Part shown: positions 59,915-64,000 of the stretch, piece by piece
Position numbering within the stretch: position 1 is the stretch's first letter
How the letters are laid out: the number at the start of each line of letters is the position of its first letter
DNA from: Dendrobates tinctorius
Taxonomy: Eukaryota
Assembly (NCBI RefSeq): GCF_039654945.1
Contig: NW_027361677.1
Span: 18,042,001 to 18,106,000 of the forward strand
Reading direction: 5' to 3'
Length of the DNA: 64,000 nt
Position numbers and translations under genes: made by a program
The notes under the pieces: generated by a model
The model's input: only the letters and a program-made list of their open reading frames with translations
Databases searched by the model: none
Told to the model about the DNA's origin: nothing

Positions 59915-60630
59915 TATGCAGCAGAGCCTCAGCGTCCCCTATGTGCTGTGAATAGTACAGCAGTCTCAGCGTACCCTATGTGCTGTGTATATAGCAGTCT
60001 CAGCGTCCCCTATGTGCTGTGAATAGTACAAGTCTCAGCGTCCCCTATGTGCTGTGTATATAGCAGTCTCAGCGTCCCCTATGTGCTGTGTATATAGCAG
60101 TCTCAGCGTCCCCTATGTGCTGTGTATATAGCAGTCTCAGCGTCCCCTATGTGATGTGTATATAGCAGTCTCAGCGTCCCCTATGTGCTGTGTATACAGC
60201 AGTCTCAGCGTCCCCTATGTGCTTTGTATACAGCAGTCTCAGCGTCCCCTATGTGCTGTGTATACAGCAGTCTCAGCGTCCCCTATGTACTGTGTATATA
60301 GCAGTCTCAGCGTACCCTATGTGCTGTGTATATAGCAGTCTCAGCGTTCCCTATGTGCTGTGTATACAGTAGTCTCAGTGTCCTCTATGTGCTGTGTATA
60401 TAGCAGTCTCAGCGTCCCCTATGTGCTGTGTATATAGCAGTCTCAGCGTCCCCTATGTGCTGTGTATATAGCAGTCTCAGCGTCCCCTATGTGCTGTGTA
60501 TATAGCAGTCTCAGGGTCCCCTATGTGCTGTGTATACAGCAGTCTCAGCGTCCCCTATGTGCTGTGTATATAGCAGTCTCAGCGTCCCCTATGTGATGTG
60601 TATATAGCAGTCTCAGCGTACCCTATGTAA
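59915..60630. repeat. 34-bp minisatellite (CAGTCTCAGCGTCCCCTATGTGCTGTGTATATAG)
   Basis: Visible tandem units. Confidence 0.96.
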
Positions 60631-61479
60631 TCTGTATTTTTTCTACTGTGGCCCTTAGCCCCCCTTAAAATTGGGTGATAGACAAAGCTTGGTCCAATAG
60701 GTGGCACCAGAGAGACAGATTTCTCCCTTCTGGAGGAGAGCTCATTTGCATACCATCTTTCCCACACGCCATGAGATTCCTTATGCCAGCGGCCACTCTC
60801 CACCAAGAGTTGTACCGTGGGGTCTTGCAGCACCTTCCCACTCACAAGACATAACACATTGGGCTAAACTTGTCAGGTGGACATCGGAGATAAGAATCCC
60901 CCATTAGTGATCAGGTGACCGCAAGCAGCTCCACATTTGGGGGTCTCAGGGAGGTAAGCCACATTATAGCTGCTCCCCAGGTTCTCTGGTGGGGACAGGG
61001 ACTTTGCTCCGGACCTGTGAAGCCATCTTTTCATTCCCGCCACCATCATGGCCGCCCAGCGCTCGGACGATGCAGACTATCGGCGCCCCCTGCCCAGGAC
61101 ACAGACGCGGAGTTCGGCACAAGTTTATTGTGTGCTTCTGGAAAACAGGGAACAAGCACCACATTCCTCCGTCTGGGCCGCTCTTCTCCTAATTAGACCG
61201 CAAGCCACTTATTTCTGGAACAGAGGTTTTCCTCCTGCAGCTGCTGCGAAATTAAAGGGCAGACATGTCTATAGCTTAAGAGAACAGACAGCGACTTCCC
61301 ATCACGGGGGTCACCGACAGCGGCCGGGTGACGGTCACCCCCAAACCTTCAGCTCACCAGCTGTTGTGAAACTACAACTCCCAGCATGTCCTCACACACA
61401 GGCAATCTATGGCTCAGTCCTTCCACCTCACTTTAGAAATTGAAATCAATGAACAGATTGGTTAGATGTGTTGGGCGGC

Positions 61480-63310
61480 TATGTCTGTTTTTCCTGATCT
61501 TCCCATAGGTGCCAGATGTCATATAGATGACTTACCAAGAGGTTAGCACTCAGGCAATATTATGGCCCAGTGGTTAGCGCTGCTGCTGTCCAGTGCTGGT
61601 GCCCTGGGTTCAACTCTGACTGAGGACAATGAGATTCCTCCTCTCAGATGTGGTTTAGAAATAGTAGTCAGTGATTGTAACGGTTCCTGCTCTCGTCTTT
61701 TCTGACCGTCCCATAAATGCTGAGAGTCCTATTAATGATCTGGCCAGAAATAATCTCTCAGGCAGCTCAGTGGTTAGTGTGGTTACCTTTCAATGCTTGA
61801 GTCCTTAGTTCAATTCTGACTGAGGTCTGAGTAATTCTACCTCTCAGTTGTACTTTAGAAAATGCAAATGGACCTGCTCTAGTTTTTCCTGATCTTCCCA
61901 CAGGTGCCAGGAGTCATATAGATGAATTACCCAAAAGTTTAGCACTCAGGCAGCATGATGGCCCAGTGGTTAGCGCTGCTGTCTAGTGCTGGTGTCCTGG
62001 GTTCAACTCTGACTGAGGACAATGATATTCCTCCTCACAGGTCTACTTTAGAGATGGCAATGAACCTGCTCTAGTTTTTGCTGATCTTCCCATTGGTGCT
62101 GGTAGTAATATCAATGACTTTGCCAAAGGTCATTTTCTGAGCAGCACGGTGGCTCAGTGGAAAGTGCTGGTGCTTTGCAGCATGGGAGTCCAGGGTTCAA
62201 ATCCCACCATGGATGACATCTGCAAGGAGTTTGTATGTTCTCCCTGTGCTCAGGTGGCCTGCCACCCATGCTCCAAAGACATACAGGTAGGGGCTAATGA
62301 TGGTGTTACCTGTGCAGCATCCGGGAGGGCTGCTTACCCCCTTCATTGGGCAAAAAGCCCCAGTCCTTACCAGATGAATGTGCTGCTACAAGTGATTGTC
62401 ACCTTTTTTTTAAAGTGTTGGGCGCCTTTTTTTTAAAAAAGGTGTCCCCCCAAGCTGCTTATATACAAGCCAATCACATTCATCCAATAAGGACTGGGGA
62501 TACTTGCCCAATGAAAGGGGGAAGCAGCCCTCCTGGATGCTGCACAGGTAACACCATCAATAGCCCCTACCTGTATGTCTTTGGAGCATGGGTGGCAGAC
62601 CACCTGAGCACAGGGAGAACATACAAACTCCTTGCAGATGTCAACCATGGTGGGATTTGAACCCTGGACTCCCATGCTGCAAAGCACCAGCGCTTTCCAC
62701 TGGGCCACCGTGCTGCTCGGAAAATAAACTTTGGCAAAGTCATTGATATTACTACCAGCACCTATGGGAAGATCAGGAAAAACTAGAGCAGGTCCATTGC
62801 CATCTCAAAAGTAGACCTGTGAGGAGGAATCTCATTGTCCTCAGTCAGAGTTGAACCCAGAGCACCAGCATTGGACATCAGCAGCACTAACAACTGCATC
62901 ATCATGCTGCCTGAGTGCTAACCTCTGGGTAAGTCATCTATATGACTCCTGGCACCTGTGGGAAGGTCAGGAAAAACTAGAGCAGGTCCATTTGCATTTT
63001 CTAAAGTACAACTGAGAGGTAGAATTACTCAGACCTCAGTCAGATTTGAACTAAGGACCCAAGGAGCTATCCACTGAGCCGCCTGAGCATTACCTGATAG
63101 CTAGGTGATCAATAGGTCATCAATATGCCTATCAGTGCCCACTGACAGGTCATGAAAAGGAAGAGCAGGTTCCCTTGAGGTCACCAAATTCATTTTCTGA
63201 GATGTGTCTGAGAGGAGGAATCTCATTGTTCTTGGTCAGAGCTGAACCAATGAAAACAGCGACAAGAAAAAGAATGTCCCAGTGTTCCCATGCTGCCCCA
63301 TGGGTGCTTA
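61480..63310. repeat. Palindromic array of tRNA-SINE-head units; core inverted repeat ~61757-62381 / ~62477-63088
   Basis: Arms are near reverse complements (ORFs 62149+ and 62433- translate almost identically); A-box/B-box heads recur about every 190-200 bp. Confidence 0.85.
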
Positions 63311-63359
63311 ACCACCAGCAACAGCAGGCTGTGCACCGAGCTATGAGATGGGAGCAACA

Positions 63360-64000
63360 GGCTTTTAATCATTATATAAAAATAAAGATTATTATCATAC
63401 AATAATCAAGCTATTTAGATAGAACATATAATATATTTATTGGAAAACAACTTTAGAACAAAAAACCTTTTGCACATTTACAATTTATTATACACTGTGC
63501 AGTAAGTGGGAAAAACAGTTTTCAACAAAAACGTCCTGAATAACGTGTGTGCAGTCTATGAATTTGTTCTGAGGAATAGTATCGCCTCCATCAGATCCTC
63601 CTCCATAGAGGACCTCACATCTGACCTCATTATTTTAAGGCTACAGAACAACCTCTCTACAGTAACTTGGGTTGGTGACAAAGCCGTAACCACATGGGAA
63701 CATCGCTAACAATGTCAGGGTGTAGAGGAATTGCCTCGTGCGCAGTCAGTGTTGATTAATGATTGAAATCTTCTACTTCTTTGAGAGCAAGTGACAAATG
63801 TTGCTGAAATATGGTCGATGTGTTTTCTATGGGAGTGGAATCTTTCTCCTTGCAGCAACGCTTTGTCTGCTCCATGTCGTCCAAATACTTGTCGAAATCA
63901 AACTCCTCATCTGATGAGGATGAAGGAACGGCAGCAGCAGCACTGGCAGGACCCGAGTCCTCTGCTCTTGTCCTGTAGCCCACTCATCCTAACTGCTACC
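63360..64000 (-). mobile_element. hAT transposon 3' part with transposase pseudogene (C-terminal dimerisation domain)
   Basis: After one stop and one frameshift it reads VVTALSPTQVTVERLFCSLKIMRSDVRSSMEEDLMEAILFLRTNS* (stop 63558-63556); the 3' flank resembles the reverse complement of 31230-31310. Confidence 0.85.

Noticed and set aside
62141-62215. tRNA gene (also 53351 and the other heads at 61.5-63.3 kb)
   Set aside because: A and B boxes are present, but I cannot fold a complete cloverleaf, and the head runs into a SINE body.

Overview
Vertebrate genomic DNA, most likely a frog (inferred from the Tc1, Harbinger, Kolobok/T2, Penelope, CR1/L2/L1 and V-SINE repeat content). It is syntenic with the human 16q21-22 BEAN1-TK2-CMTM block. 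Four genes can be reconstructed by hand with GT-AG junctions and consistent phases. (1) A two-exon, 518-aa SPATA2-family PUB-domain gene on + (4005-4358, 10005-11207). It lacks the SPATA2 zinc fingers and sits at a locus that is neither the SPATA2 nor the SPATA2L locus. (2) Complete 10-exon TK2 on - (23733 to 15257, 254 aa). (3) Complete 5-coding-exon CMTM3 on + (33035-46906, 172 aa). (4) The last three coding exons of CMTM4 on - (57826 to 52947; exon 1 lies beyond the window). Bases 3-212 may be the end of BEAN1. No CKLF, CMTM1 or CMTM2 is visible. About a quarter of the window is minisatellite, often abutting exons, and these arrays produce most of the long ORFs in the track. The top candidate for an undescribed system is the SPATA2-like paralog. 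Its disordered tail carries a TRAF-type PIEET, an LxIS motif, a Tyr-less PIM-like stretch and a C-terminal LIR, behind an ETS-IRF/RUNX/kB-like promoter, suggesting a CYLD-TRAF-autophagy innate-immune adaptor (inference). Other oddities: a 2-kb array of decoy 3' splice sites, triple-nested self-targeting Harbinger MITEs, a Penelope hammerhead relic and a palindromic array of tRNA-SINE heads.
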